64,000 nt of DNA from a virus. Shown piece after piece: positions 49,851 through 58,173 of this stretch (positions are counted from its first letter, which is position 1; each line of letters begins with the position of its first letter). The notes beneath the pieces were generated by a model. It saw only the letters and a list, made by a program, of their open reading frames with translations, had not been told where the DNA came from and did no database searches. The position numbers and the translations under genes were made by a program. Location of the stretch: the IMG/VR virus record IMGVR_UViG_3300031857_000124, positions 4,496 to 68,495 of that record; one strand, given 5' to 3'.

Positions 49851-49930
49851 TAGAACAACGGGGAGACTCGAACTCCCTGCGAATGTGGTAACCTCAGTTA
49901 GTCACACTTGCCGCACCTTGCGTCGTTGCT
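49851..49930 (-). ncRNA. Mini tRNA-like element (acceptor plus T arm, no D stem)
   Basis: AGCAACG/CGTTGTT acceptor and GGGAG-TTCGAGT-CTCCC T arm. Confidence 0.6.
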
Positions 49931-50303
49931 GTGTTGTATTGCACGTTTGCTTCATTGAGCAGTTAAGACGCTACTCGTTAACTGCTCCCCACATTACTGC
50001 GGGACTTGTATTGCGCTGTATTGCGCTTTTTTTCGGGCCATTGCGGTACTCCGTTTGTTACTCCCGTGCTATTGGCACGGCTCAGGCAAGTTTAACCTGT
50101 AACTCCTAACCTTGTTACTGACAGGTTGCCGAATGTTGTCGGCCATTTGCGAGCTTGCTCTCGTCGCGTCGTTACCTTCGCGCTCACCCTCTTTTCTGTC
50201 AGGAGAGGGAATCAGAACCTGTTGCTGTCTTTCAATTCTAACTGATATCTCATCAGGTATACTTGCGGGTGACTTAAGCACTCCGTTGTTCCGTTGAACG
50301 GGG

Positions 50304-50311
50304 CAAATATA
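50304..50311 (-). promoter_or_regulatory. Leftward -7 promoter element (TATATTTG)
   Basis: CAAATATA on the + strand at the head of the leftward arm. Confidence 0.65.
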
Positions 50312-51217
50312 TGTTTAAGTGAAAGTTTCAATGCAAATTTGAATGATCGTTTAAAACACCTGTATTATCAAGGCTTTCAGAAAATGTCATTTCTGAAACC
50401 CGCGTCAGACGTGGCCGAAACCACATTCAAAATATTTTTTCAATTATTTTCAGTTTTGTAGGAATGACGCGGGTTGTAGAGCGAAAAAAAAATGAAAAAA
50501 AGTTTGACTTTTCTTGGAAGCCGCGTAAACATTGACTATCTTTGTAAGCAACAGCATTGAAACCCGCATCAATCAAGCAATGCAGCAAATCGCTGAATCG
50601 GTAAAAATGGCTCATTTCAGGCCGTTAGGTCACGTTCTCAGGTGATCCGGACACAGGGTAAAACGGGGCTAAAATCAGGTTAAAAAATGGGTGCATTTAA
50701 GGTCATCCGAAAATGGTCCGGAAAGGCCAAGGCCCGAGCGCGGATACACTGCACGCATAGCTCTCCCCTCTCCTCCTACTACACAAACACAAAAGAATAA
50801 TAGTGTATTGCACAAGGTCTCCTCGTGTGCGCACGCGTTTGGGCTCTCCAATCTTGTTGTGGCCCAAACTAAAAATTTCCCACGCCCCACGCGGCTTTCA
50901 GCACAACTGCATGAAAAAACACGAAAAAAGGCATGATCCGGCAGCCCTTAAAACAGCCCCTCATTATTGTATTCTCAGAGGTTTTGGCCTCAAAGTTAAA
51001 GCACTGATAATCAGGATCAGTTTATCTTCCTGCTCCGGCTGAAGACAATTTTATCGTTGGATTCCTATTATTAGACCTGTTTCTGGGCTGCTTTCGCCAT
51101 GCCGCGCAGCGCTCCCCAGTTTATATGACCAGCGCCCAGTGTGCGCGATGAGCGGACGATTGCGCCTAGTTTATGCGGGCCAGTTCATATGATCCAGATT
51201 GTGGTCTGACGTGATCA

Positions 51218-51321
51218 TATGCACGCATAGGATTGTAAGCTATGCACGCATAACACTGCACACTATGCACGCATAGCATCGCACCTTATGCACGCATAAC
51301 ACCATGTCCTATGCATGCATA
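51218..51321. repeat. Five TATGCACGCATA repeats with a 23-bp period
   Basis: Copies at 51218, 51241, 51264, 51287 and 51310 (last copy TATGCATGCATA), with unique 11-nt spacers. Confidence 0.9.
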
Positions 51322-51586
51322 ATACCGCGCCCAGTCCATGGGATATGGCCGCCGGTTTGTGGCTGATTATCAACGCTTTATACATAGCTGACTACCAAGT
51401 AGTTACCACTATGTGCCGCTCCTTATGCCTCCTGCTTCCCCGCTCTATATGGTTGACAGCCAATGCGTTACCTGTTGGGGGATAATTAGCTGTGGATCAG
51501 CGACTTAGTGCACCCACCCCATTTGCTAATTCGACTTCGGGAGCGGCAGGCGGCAGTGGTGGTGGGGGGGGTGACCCCCACCGCAG

Positions 51587-51669
51587 TTGGTTTACGTTTT
51601 TCAATAAAATCGCTTCACTACGCTTGGTTTACGTTTTTTCAATAAAATCCCTCCGCCACAGTTGGTTTA
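51587..51669. repeat. Direct repeats TTGGTTTACGTTTTT(T)CAATAAAATC
   Basis: Full copies at 51587 and 51624, partial copy at 51662. Confidence 0.8.
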
Positions 51670-51747
51670 TGAGTTTTCGGGGTTTTCTATGGTTAATTAA
51701 TTTTTTGTTGTAATTGATTGGTTGTGTATATTTGTAAAAAAAAAGTT

Positions 51748-52020
51748 ATGAGACTTGTAAAGAATGGGGATCCGAAGAATCGCAAGGTTTCTGAGGGTGC
51801 GAACTCGGGGATGTCTTGCAGCAAGGATGGCTGTGGGGCGGTTAAGACGAATTCAAGTGTTGGGACCAACCGTCAGAACGTTGGGGGTGCTAAGGGGCTC
51901 TCCAGCAAGCCTCAGTACGGATCAAAGACCATCACCAAGAAGCAGGCTGAAAAGAGGGCTGTGAAGATGGCTGAATACCGGGCGAAGGCTCAACCGAAGT
52001 CAAATCGATCTAAATACTAA
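51748..52020 (+). CDS. Small basic protein
   Basis: Lys-rich, TATATTTG promoter element at about 51727. Confidence 0.6.
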   Translation: MRLVKNGDPKNRKVSEGANSGMSCSKDGCGAVKTNSSVGTNRQNVGGAKGLSSKPQYGSKTITKKQAEKRAVKMAEYRAKAQPKSNRSKY

Positions 52021-52026
52021 TAAACA

Positions 52027-52305
52027 ATGAAAAAGGTAAACAGGGGTAACCCAGAAAAACGAGCTGCCAAGGTGGAGGCTCGTGCCGAAAAGAAGATGAC
52101 CAAGGCTAAATCGTCTTGGAACAAGGCTGAGGCCACGAGAAAGGCTGAGCCTCCAAAAAACAAGACGGTAACCTACGACGACTTCGGGGGCATGGCTCAT
52201 CAGGCCAAGACCAACAGGTTGTACGCAAGGTCTGCGAGACAGGCTGAGAAGGCCCGGGATCTCAAAACCAAGGCCGGTATCATTCGTTCCGGAGGTAAGA
52301 AATAA
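52027..52305 (+). CDS. Small basic protein
   Basis: K/A/R-rich ORF. Confidence 0.65.
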   Translation: MKKVNRGNPEKRAAKVEARAEKKMTKAKSSWNKAEATRKAEPPKNKTVTYDDFGGMAHQAKTNRLYARSARQAEKARDLKTKAGIIRSGGKK

Positions 52306-52324
52306 TCTTTTATCCTTATACGAC

Positions 52325-52666
52325 ATGGCAAAATCATCAAAACCAAATCCGCCTAAAAAGAAGGCGAACACTCAGGGTCCTTTGAAATCAGGACCAAGAA
52401 TGGCTCCGGGAAGCGGGGTTAGAAAGCTTGATAAACAAAGCCCCGGAGGTTCTAAGCCAAGAACAGGATCTCAATTTGTCCCCAAAAGCATGCCCAAAAA
52501 CGGACCGTCAAAGCCGAAACCGAAGCCTAAAAGCGCAGGTCAACAACTCAGGGAGGGCAACGAGGTTGTTCGCCAGACAGCAAAGAGGCTCTACAATGAG
52601 TTTGGAGACAAGGTCATGGGAGCCCGTGAGTGGATCCGAAAGGATCTCGGCCTGCCCAAGAAGTAA
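52325..52666 (+). CDS. Small basic protein
   Basis: K/P-rich ORF. Confidence 0.65.
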   Translation: MAKSSKPNPPKKKANTQGPLKSGPRMAPGSGVRKLDKQSPGGSKPRTGSQFVPKSMPKNGPSKPKPKPKSAGQQLREGNEVVRQTAKRLYNEFGDKVMGAREWIRKDLGLPKK

Positions 52667-52711
52667 GATCCTTCAGAGATATGGAAATCAAAAAGCCCCG
52701 ATTGTAGTCGG

Positions 52712-52864
52712 GGTTTCAAGGCCGTGCAGAGCAAGATTGCTAAGAAGCAGGGCATCAGTAAGGAGAGTTCCGGGGCTATTTTGGCCTCTGCTGCTCGTAA
52801 GGCGATTCCTGCTGCTAAGAAGGCCAACCCGAAGTTGAAGAACGTTAAAATGAAGAAGAAGTAA
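52712..52864 (+). pseudogene. Basic peptide frame lacking an in-frame ATG (GFKAVQSKIAKKQG...)
   Basis: 50 coding-like codons ending in TAATG coupling, with the 5' end overlapped by a hairpin. Confidence 0.5.
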
Positions 52865-52983
52865 TGGCAAAGTCACTAGGAAACGGACTAAAAACAGTAT
52901 TCGGGAAGCGCAAGGAGGGTAAAGCCTCCAAGCGCAAATCCCCGAAGGATAAGCACGTCAAATCTTCACGAGGACAGGGATGA
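52864..52983 (+). CDS. 39-aa basic peptide (not in the ORF track)
   Basis: MAKSLGNGLKTVFGKRKEGKASKRKSPKDKHVKSSRGQG, coupled at both ends. Confidence 0.6.
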   Translation: MAKSLGNGLKTVFGKRKEGKASKRKSPKDKHVKSSRGQG

Positions 52984-53360
52984 ATAAGCCTAAACCAAAA
53001 GTAAAACAAGGAATGGTGGTTAGCCAGCGTCGCAAGACCGCTCAAGCTATTCGCGATCCTAAAAAGCCCATGCCCGGAAGTAATTCAACTCACTTGATGC
53101 AGCATGGGGAATCGGGGAAAAAAAAGTACAAGTACGACGTTAACCCGACTATTTTCCCTAATAAAGATGGTTCATGGACTGATTACAGCAATGATCCAAA
53201 GGCTGCGTATGCTGAAGCAAAAAAGAGAGGCGAGACGTTTGGTTTTAAGCGTGAGAAACGAGCAGAGAAGTTTGCTGCTGGGTCATGGAAAAAGGGCCAG
53301 GATCGCAAGGAGGCTATGAAGAACTATCGTCAAGATAAACGTCAAAACAAAAAGAAATAA
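52980..53360 (+). CDS. Basic hypothetical protein
   Basis: Coupled K-rich ORF. Confidence 0.65.
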   Translation: MNKPKPKVKQGMVVSQRRKTAQAIRDPKKPMPGSNSTHLMQHGESGKKKYKYDVNPTIFPNKDGSWTDYSNDPKAAYAEAKKRGETFGFKREKRAEKFAAGSWKKGQDRKEAMKNYRQDKRQNKKK

Positions 53361-53623
53361 TGGCAAAATCACCAGCATGGCAGAGGTCTGAGGGCAAGTC
53401 AAAAACAGGAGGCTTGAATGCCAAGGGCCGTGCATCGTACAAGCGTGAAACCGGAGGCACATTGAAGCCCCCAGTCTCTGCTAAGCAGGCCAAGAGGTCT
53501 CCAAAGGCCGCTGCAAGGCGTAAGTCATTTTGCGCTAGAATGAGCGGGATGGCTGGTCCGATGAAGAAGCCTAACGGGGAGCCGACAAGGAAGGCCCTGG
53601 CCCTAAGGAAGTGGGACTGCTAG
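53360..53623 (+). CDS. Conserved basic phage protein
   Basis: PAWQRSEGK..GGLN.KGRASY..RRKSFCARM..LRKWDC pattern common in phages. Confidence 0.75.
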   Translation: MAKSPAWQRSEGKSKTGGLNAKGRASYKRETGGTLKPPVSAKQAKRSPKAAARRKSFCARMSGMAGPMKKPNGEPTRKALALRKWDC

Positions 53624-53829
53624 TCCCAGAAGCACTTATTTTTTTGGTACACCCCATGAATGAATGACGTTGCCTCTTCTGTGGTGACCTCGTGGTAGAA
53701 TGTTTTTGAGTACTTCCTCTTGTTCTTACACCAAACCGTACACGTTGTACCACCCCCATCCTTAATGACGGTCATCATGTCCTGTCCCACCACCAGTCTG
53801 TGGTAGTTGTTTGAGCTTGTCCACTCCAT
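53620..53829 (-). CDS. Small hypothetical protein
   Basis: End of a leftward operon. Confidence 0.5.
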   Translation of the reverse strand: MEWTSSNNYHRLVVGQDMMTVIKDGGGTTCTVWCKNKRKYSKTFYHEVTTEEATSFIHGVYQKNKCFWD

Positions 53830-53843
53830 TTTGTAAGTATGTT

Positions 53844-54164
53844 TTAAATTTCGTTCTTCCCCTCAACCCCGCGCTTGATTCTGTTTGCGGTACGGGCGTT
53901 CTGCCAGTGGATAGCCTCTTCAATCTTTGTGATTGTCAAGGCATTTTCTCTGCACGGGAATGCATCGTTAAGGCTTTCGAATAAACACTTTACGTACTCG
54001 AGCATATCTGTTGCTTGAACTCCGTTTACCCCGACCTCGCTGACGGGGTCTGACTGGATTGTAAACTTTACAACTGGGGCAACCCCCCTCACATCCTCTG
54101 TGTTTTCGAGGGTGATGAATGGTGTTTCGCCGAACTTCAGCAGGGCCTTTTCTACGTGTCTCAT
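53844..54164 (-). CDS. Acb2/Tad1-like helical hairpin protein
   Basis: GVNGVQ..CRENALTITKIEEAIHW..R..RGVEG. Confidence 0.6.
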   Translation of the reverse strand: MRHVEKALLKFGETPFITLENTEDVRGVAPVVKFTIQSDPVSEVGVNGVQATDMLEYVKCLFESLNDAFPCRENALTITKIEEAIHWQNARTANRIKRGVEGKNEI

Positions 54165-54356
54165 TTATTTATTGTTTTTAGTGTTATTAAGGTTAGCCAC
54201 GGGGACTCATGCGGGGTCGGATCCACTACCGCAGGTATTGCCCCCGTGGATTGCCGTTAGCAAGTCGGCTACTTACGGGTTAGTTAAAGTCTGTTTTATC
54301 CCACCTCTCCACGAGCTTTACTACTGCATAAACAGTCAGGTAGAGGGCGAGGGCGA

Positions 54357-54578
54357 CTACGATTGCTTCTTTCCACATCTTCTTTTCTGTTGGTTCTTTT
54401 TCTTTTCGTGGTTGCTGTTTATTGCGTTGAGCGCCTGCTCGATCTTATCGATACCGTAAGACCTTGACTGTAACTCAAGCTCAAACCTCTCCTTGAGGTC
54501 GTTCATTCGCCCCGTTGACCAAAGGGCAAGTATGATGATGGCTGATAGCTCAACCACGTGCACTACTGCGTGAATCAT
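54357..54578 (-). CDS. Small membrane-anchored protein
   Basis: N-terminal hydrophobic segment. Confidence 0.45.
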   Translation of the reverse strand: MIHAVVHVVELSAIIILALWSTGRMNDLKERFELELQSRSYGIDKIEQALNAINSNHEKKKNQQKRRCGKKQS

Positions 54579-54753
54579 GTATTGAAATTGTTTTTTTTAA
54601 GTACACGGCAAGGTCAAGGGCCTCTTCGTAAGCGTGTTGTAGCCACTCGATTTCGGAGAGGTCTGTCCTGTCTACGGTTGTCCCGTACTTGGACAGTCCC
54701 CTCTGCTCCCTTGACTCAAGGTCTTGTACTACCTGGTTTATTATTTCGCTCAT
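54550..54753 (-). CDS. MazG-like all-alpha nucleotide pyrophosphatase-like protein
   Basis: RGLSKYG..WLQHAYEEALDLAVYL (EExxD). Confidence 0.55.
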   Translation of the reverse strand: MSEIINQVVQDLESREQRGLSKYGTTVDRTDLSEIEWLQHAYEEALDLAVYLKKTISIHDSRSSARG

Positions 54754-54756
54754 GGT

Positions 54757-55791
54757 TTACCCCCAAATATCCTTAATACCCGTCTCCAGTCCGTACACCA
54801 TCCCCGCGTTCTCGTTCTTACCCTGTGCTGGGAGGAACTCCGCGTAGGCCACAACCTGTGCGTTTGTTTCGAGGGACTGGTTAAACATCAGCTCCCTTTT
54901 AATTGGGTCGTACATGTCTTTAGCCCCTGCCACAATCGATACGGTGTTATCCTCATCGGAGGTGAAGCTTGCCGTGACTGAGGATCCGTATGGGGTCCTT
55001 CCCGCCTCGTTGTACAGGTTCCATCTAAATACAAACGACGGGCACGACTTACCGTATGAGGCCACTTTGCCTGGGGCGCCCGTGGCCGGCTCCCCGTTGA
55101 TGTGGAACACCCCACGGATTTTATTGTCGGGCAGCGTTTCGATGTCCATGGAGATGCTTGTAACGTGAGTTTCTGGGCTGACCGACACCGAGTTAAAGGT
55201 CACCCTTGTGTTGTAGGAGATCTCCTCGGCGGTCATCCCTGTAACCGAGCACAGCTGGCCGACCGTCCACCTAACGAACTGCTTCTTGCTTGTCCACGTC
55301 TTGGTTGTTCCGTCCGATGATCTCGTAATAGATTTCTGTACGCGGTAGAAAACACCACCCCTAACGAACGGGTTGTCCGGGTTTGATGGGGTTCCGTCAG
55401 TGTTGACGTTCATCCCTATGTCTGATATAACGTCAAAGGAGTGCCCCCCACCGGACTCGGATGGGTAAAGCTCAACCATTTGCCATGGCATCCACCTGCC
55501 GTTGTCCCCGTACACACGTGGTTTGTTTGTTGTCATAACGGACCCGTTAAACACAGGCATACCGTGACCGTAAGAGTGGATGTAGTTGGATATCATATTG
55601 AAGGTGTACGCCCCAAACAGCTCCGTGGAGCTTGATACGTAAACCCTTGTGCTGATTTTTCTAGGGGAAACCGTAAAGTCATGGGTTTCCTCAACAATTA
55701 AGAACCGTGAGGTTTTGCTCTGTATTTGCCCCTCAAACTGCTGACACTCGTCGGGTAGTTGTAGCAGCTCTAACGCCTTTTGTGTGCTCAT
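54757..55791 (-). CDS. Beta-rich hypothetical protein
   Basis: 344-aa ORF tiled within the operon. Confidence 0.65.
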   Translation of the reverse strand: MSTQKALELLQLPDECQQFEGQIQSKTSRFLIVEETHDFTVSPRKISTRVYVSSSTELFGAYTFNMISNYIHSYGHGMPVFNGSVMTTNKPRVYGDNGRWMPWQMVELYPSESGGGHSFDVISDIGMNVNTDGTPSNPDNPFVRGGVFYRVQKSITRSSDGTTKTWTSKKQFVRWTVGQLCSVTGMTAEEISYNTRVTFNSVSVSPETHVTSISMDIETLPDNKIRGVFHINGEPATGAPGKVASYGKSCPSFVFRWNLYNEAGRTPYGSSVTASFTSDEDNTVSIVAGAKDMYDPIKRELMFNQSLETNAQVVAYAEFLPAQGKNENAGMVYGLETGIKDIWG

Positions 55792-56003
55792 TTATGTGTT
55801 TTTTTTGATTTTTTAACCACTTGCGCCCCCTCAACCACCTCCCACGAGTACTTGTGCCACGGCCTGTCAAATCCCATTACCTTATCAAGCTTCCAGCAGT
55901 CTGAAAGGCACTTCGACTTAGCCATTTCGGGGGACTTAGCGGTACACCTTGCGTGGTGAATCACGCTATCCCCATCAAGAACCATTACCGTGTATTCCCT
56001 CAT
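55788..56003 (-). CDS. Small hypothetical protein
   Basis: ATGA-coupled ORF. Confidence 0.55.
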   Translation of the reverse strand: MREYTVMVLDGDSVIHHARCTAKSPEMAKSKCLSDCWKLDKVMGFDRPWHKYSWEVVEGAQVVKKSKKTHK

Positions 56004-56395
56004 TCCTCGCCCTCCCCTGAGATTTCAACCTCAACCTCCTGGGGGAGCGGGGTTTTGTTACTTTCCGCCTCAATTACCACCTTTTTAATGTTTTTTACAG
56101 CCATTACCACCGTTGGCCAGTACTCCAGAGGCAGACCAGACAGCTCGGCAATGGTGTTGTCAATTGTGGCAACGGCACGAACGTACTCGTCCCCGTCGTT
56201 TAGGTCCCCCAAGGTCTTGTACAGCTGCTTAAACTTGTTCTCCAGCTTAGAGACAAGGTTGTTTGAAGCCATTTTTAGGTCCTGTGTAAAAACCCCCGTG
56301 GCAACACTCTCGTCGTGACACTGGGCGTACACCTGCTGCGCGGCAAGGCCTGTGACAACCATCCTGTAGGCCCTGATTGCTTGTTCTTTCGTCAT
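56000..56395 (-). CDS. Hypothetical protein
   Basis: A-rich start context, coupled to the next gene. Confidence 0.6.
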   Translation of the reverse strand: MTKEQAIRAYRMVVTGLAAQQVYAQCHDESVATGVFTQDLKMASNNLVSKLENKFKQLYKTLGDLNDGDEYVRAVATIDNTIAELSGLPLEYWPTVVMAVKNIKKVVIEAESNKTPLPQEVEVEISGEGEE

Positions 56396-56467
56396 TTTTC
56401 TGTTTGTTTTTGCAAGTGTACGACATTGTGAGTAGTATTTGCAAATAAATTACGCGATTTTAACAAA

Positions 56468-56725
56468 TTAGTTCTTAAAAAACAGGTACTTTGACTGAGT
56501 CTGATCATCTATTGCGTCAATCAGCTCGTCAAGCGTAGCCGCAACGACAAACTGTGCCCCCCCTGAACCAACGACACACAGGTTCTTAAAGGATGAGTAT
56601 GGACCTATGTAGTCTATGTGGTAAAACCAAAACTCTTCGATGTGGAACATTTCGGGCATGGTTTCCAGCTCTTCGTACAAGCGAATTTGTAGATCATCAA
56701 CCACTGACAGTTTAAGCTTTAGCAT
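56468..56725 (-). CDS. Hypothetical protein
   Basis: ORF with an upstream TAAATTTG. Confidence 0.55.
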   Translation of the reverse strand: MLKLKLSVVDDLQIRLYEELETMPEMFHIEEFWFYHIDYIGPYSSFKNLCVVGSGGAQFVVAATLDELIDAIDDQTQSKYLFFKN

Positions 56726-56770
56726 AGAAGACTGTGATTTTGGTTTGTAACAAATTTATTGTGTTTTTTG

Positions 56771-57007
56771 TCACGACTCAACTTTCCTGTAATGATTTTT
56801 CCAAAGAAAATCCGATAAGCAGACCCCCGTCTCGGTGACCTTCTCCTCTGTCCACTCTGGGTGGAGGTGAAGGTACTCGTGAATCATAACCTCAAGGTGC
56901 TTCTTGCCCCTTAGCCTTGGGTCAATTTCTATAGTTCCGTTTGGCATATACTGCCCCCAGGCCTGTTGCCTCCCCAGTTTTTTCAGTATTACCTTCGGGT
57001 GTCTCAT
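56771..57007 (-). CDS. Minimal HExxH metallopeptidase-like protein
   Basis: IEIDPRL..MIHEYLH..WTEE. Confidence 0.65.
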   Translation of the reverse strand: MRHPKVILKKLGRQQAWGQYMPNGTIEIDPRLRGKKHLEVMIHEYLHLHPEWTEEKVTETGVCLSDFLWKNHYRKVES

Positions 57008-57025
57008 TAGTCAAATTTACAAAAA

Positions 57026-58036
57026 CTACCGAACCCTTCCGTTTATAATTGTAAAATTTTGAACCTCAAAGGTCTCGTCCTCAAAGACCTTGATGTGGGC
57101 AAACCCGTGGTTGTATTTGTTGTACGGTGCGTAGTCCGGGTGCAGCTCCGACAGGCAACCAATAGACCAGCAGGCAACCACCCTCCCGTTAATGTTAGGC
57201 TCCGTGTGGTGAGATGTCTGGTGGCTGTGACCGCAGATTGCGTTGTCCTTTGCCCTTGTGTAAAGACCACGCGCCACGTTGACGGGGGAGAACGTGGACT
57301 TACCAAGCTCATGGCCGTGGAGTATCGTCAGTTTCCCCGCGTGGATAAGCTGCTTATCGGGGATCATTACGATGTTGTACCTCTCCAAGTGAAGCAGGGA
57401 CTCTAAGTTAAACTCGTTTATCCCAAGCAGGTCGGGTGCCTTATTGATGATGTAGTGTTCGTACCTAATGTCGTGGTTGCCGAGTTTAAAGTAGATGTTC
57501 TGGGTTGGGAAGAGTTCCCTTAGGGTTGCAAGGAACTCCCTGGTAGACAGAATCTCGTTGGCAAAGTTCCTCTTCCTTGGGTCCTTGTCAAACCTGGAGA
57601 CCGCGTAGAAGTCTATCAAGTCTCCATTGATAATGATTGTGTTAACCCCCTGCTCCATCCCGTACTTTAAAGCTGCAGTCAGAGCCTGAATGTTGTGGTA
57701 CGGGATGTGAATATCGGAGATAAGGAGGATGTCGTTGTGCGAGACGGGGAGCTTGAACGCCTTGTGCTCGGGCTCTAAACTCTTGGGGAGGTTGAGCGGG
57801 TTGTCGTTCTTTGACAGCGCCTTGAGGTCTGCAAACTCTGATTTTTTATTCGTGGGGGCGGTTGGCTTTGGGTTGTCTTTCTTCATCCTCTTTGGGCTCC
57901 TCTTCCACCGGAAGTAGGCCGCTGAAAAGCATGAGTACGTCTCCCCCTGTTTTTTAGCGTACTCATTCAGCAGTTGCCTTTGGCTTTTTCCGCTTGTGTC
58001 AGAAATAATTTGTTGAAACACTGTTCGTCTATCCAT
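57026..58036 (-). CDS. Calcineurin-like metallophosphoesterase
   Basis: SDIH, NGDLID, GNHD, HGH and GHSH motifs. Confidence 0.9.
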   Translation of the reverse strand: MDRRTVFQQIISDTSGKSQRQLLNEYAKKQGETYSCFSAAYFRWKRSPKRMKKDNPKPTAPTNKKSEFADLKALSKNDNPLNLPKSLEPEHKAFKLPVSHNDILLISDIHIPYHNIQALTAALKYGMEQGVNTIIINGDLIDFYAVSRFDKDPRKRNFANEILSTREFLATLRELFPTQNIYFKLGNHDIRYEHYIINKAPDLLGINEFNLESLLHLERYNIVMIPDKQLIHAGKLTILHGHELGKSTFSPVNVARGLYTRAKDNAICGHSHQTSHHTEPNINGRVVACWSIGCLSELHPDYAPYNKYNHGFAHIKVFEDETFEVQNFTIINGRVR

Positions 58037-58173
58037 TGATTTTATTTTTTATGGAGAAAAAAAAACAAGCCGCCCCAACTATAGGGACGGCTGTCAAACA
58101 AAACGAAAATTGAAACAAGGCACACAGATCAGTGTGCGGAACAAATGTATTGAATATGTTCCATTGAAGCAAG

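Noticed and set aside
50225-50262. CTGATGAG...GAAA on the minus strand as a hammerhead ribozyme
   Set aside because: No convincing stems II/III. CTGAT pairs locally with ATCAG instead.
51218-51321. Repeat-spacer array as a CRISPR
   Set aside because: The 12-bp repeats and 11-bp spacers are far too short, and there is no cas operon
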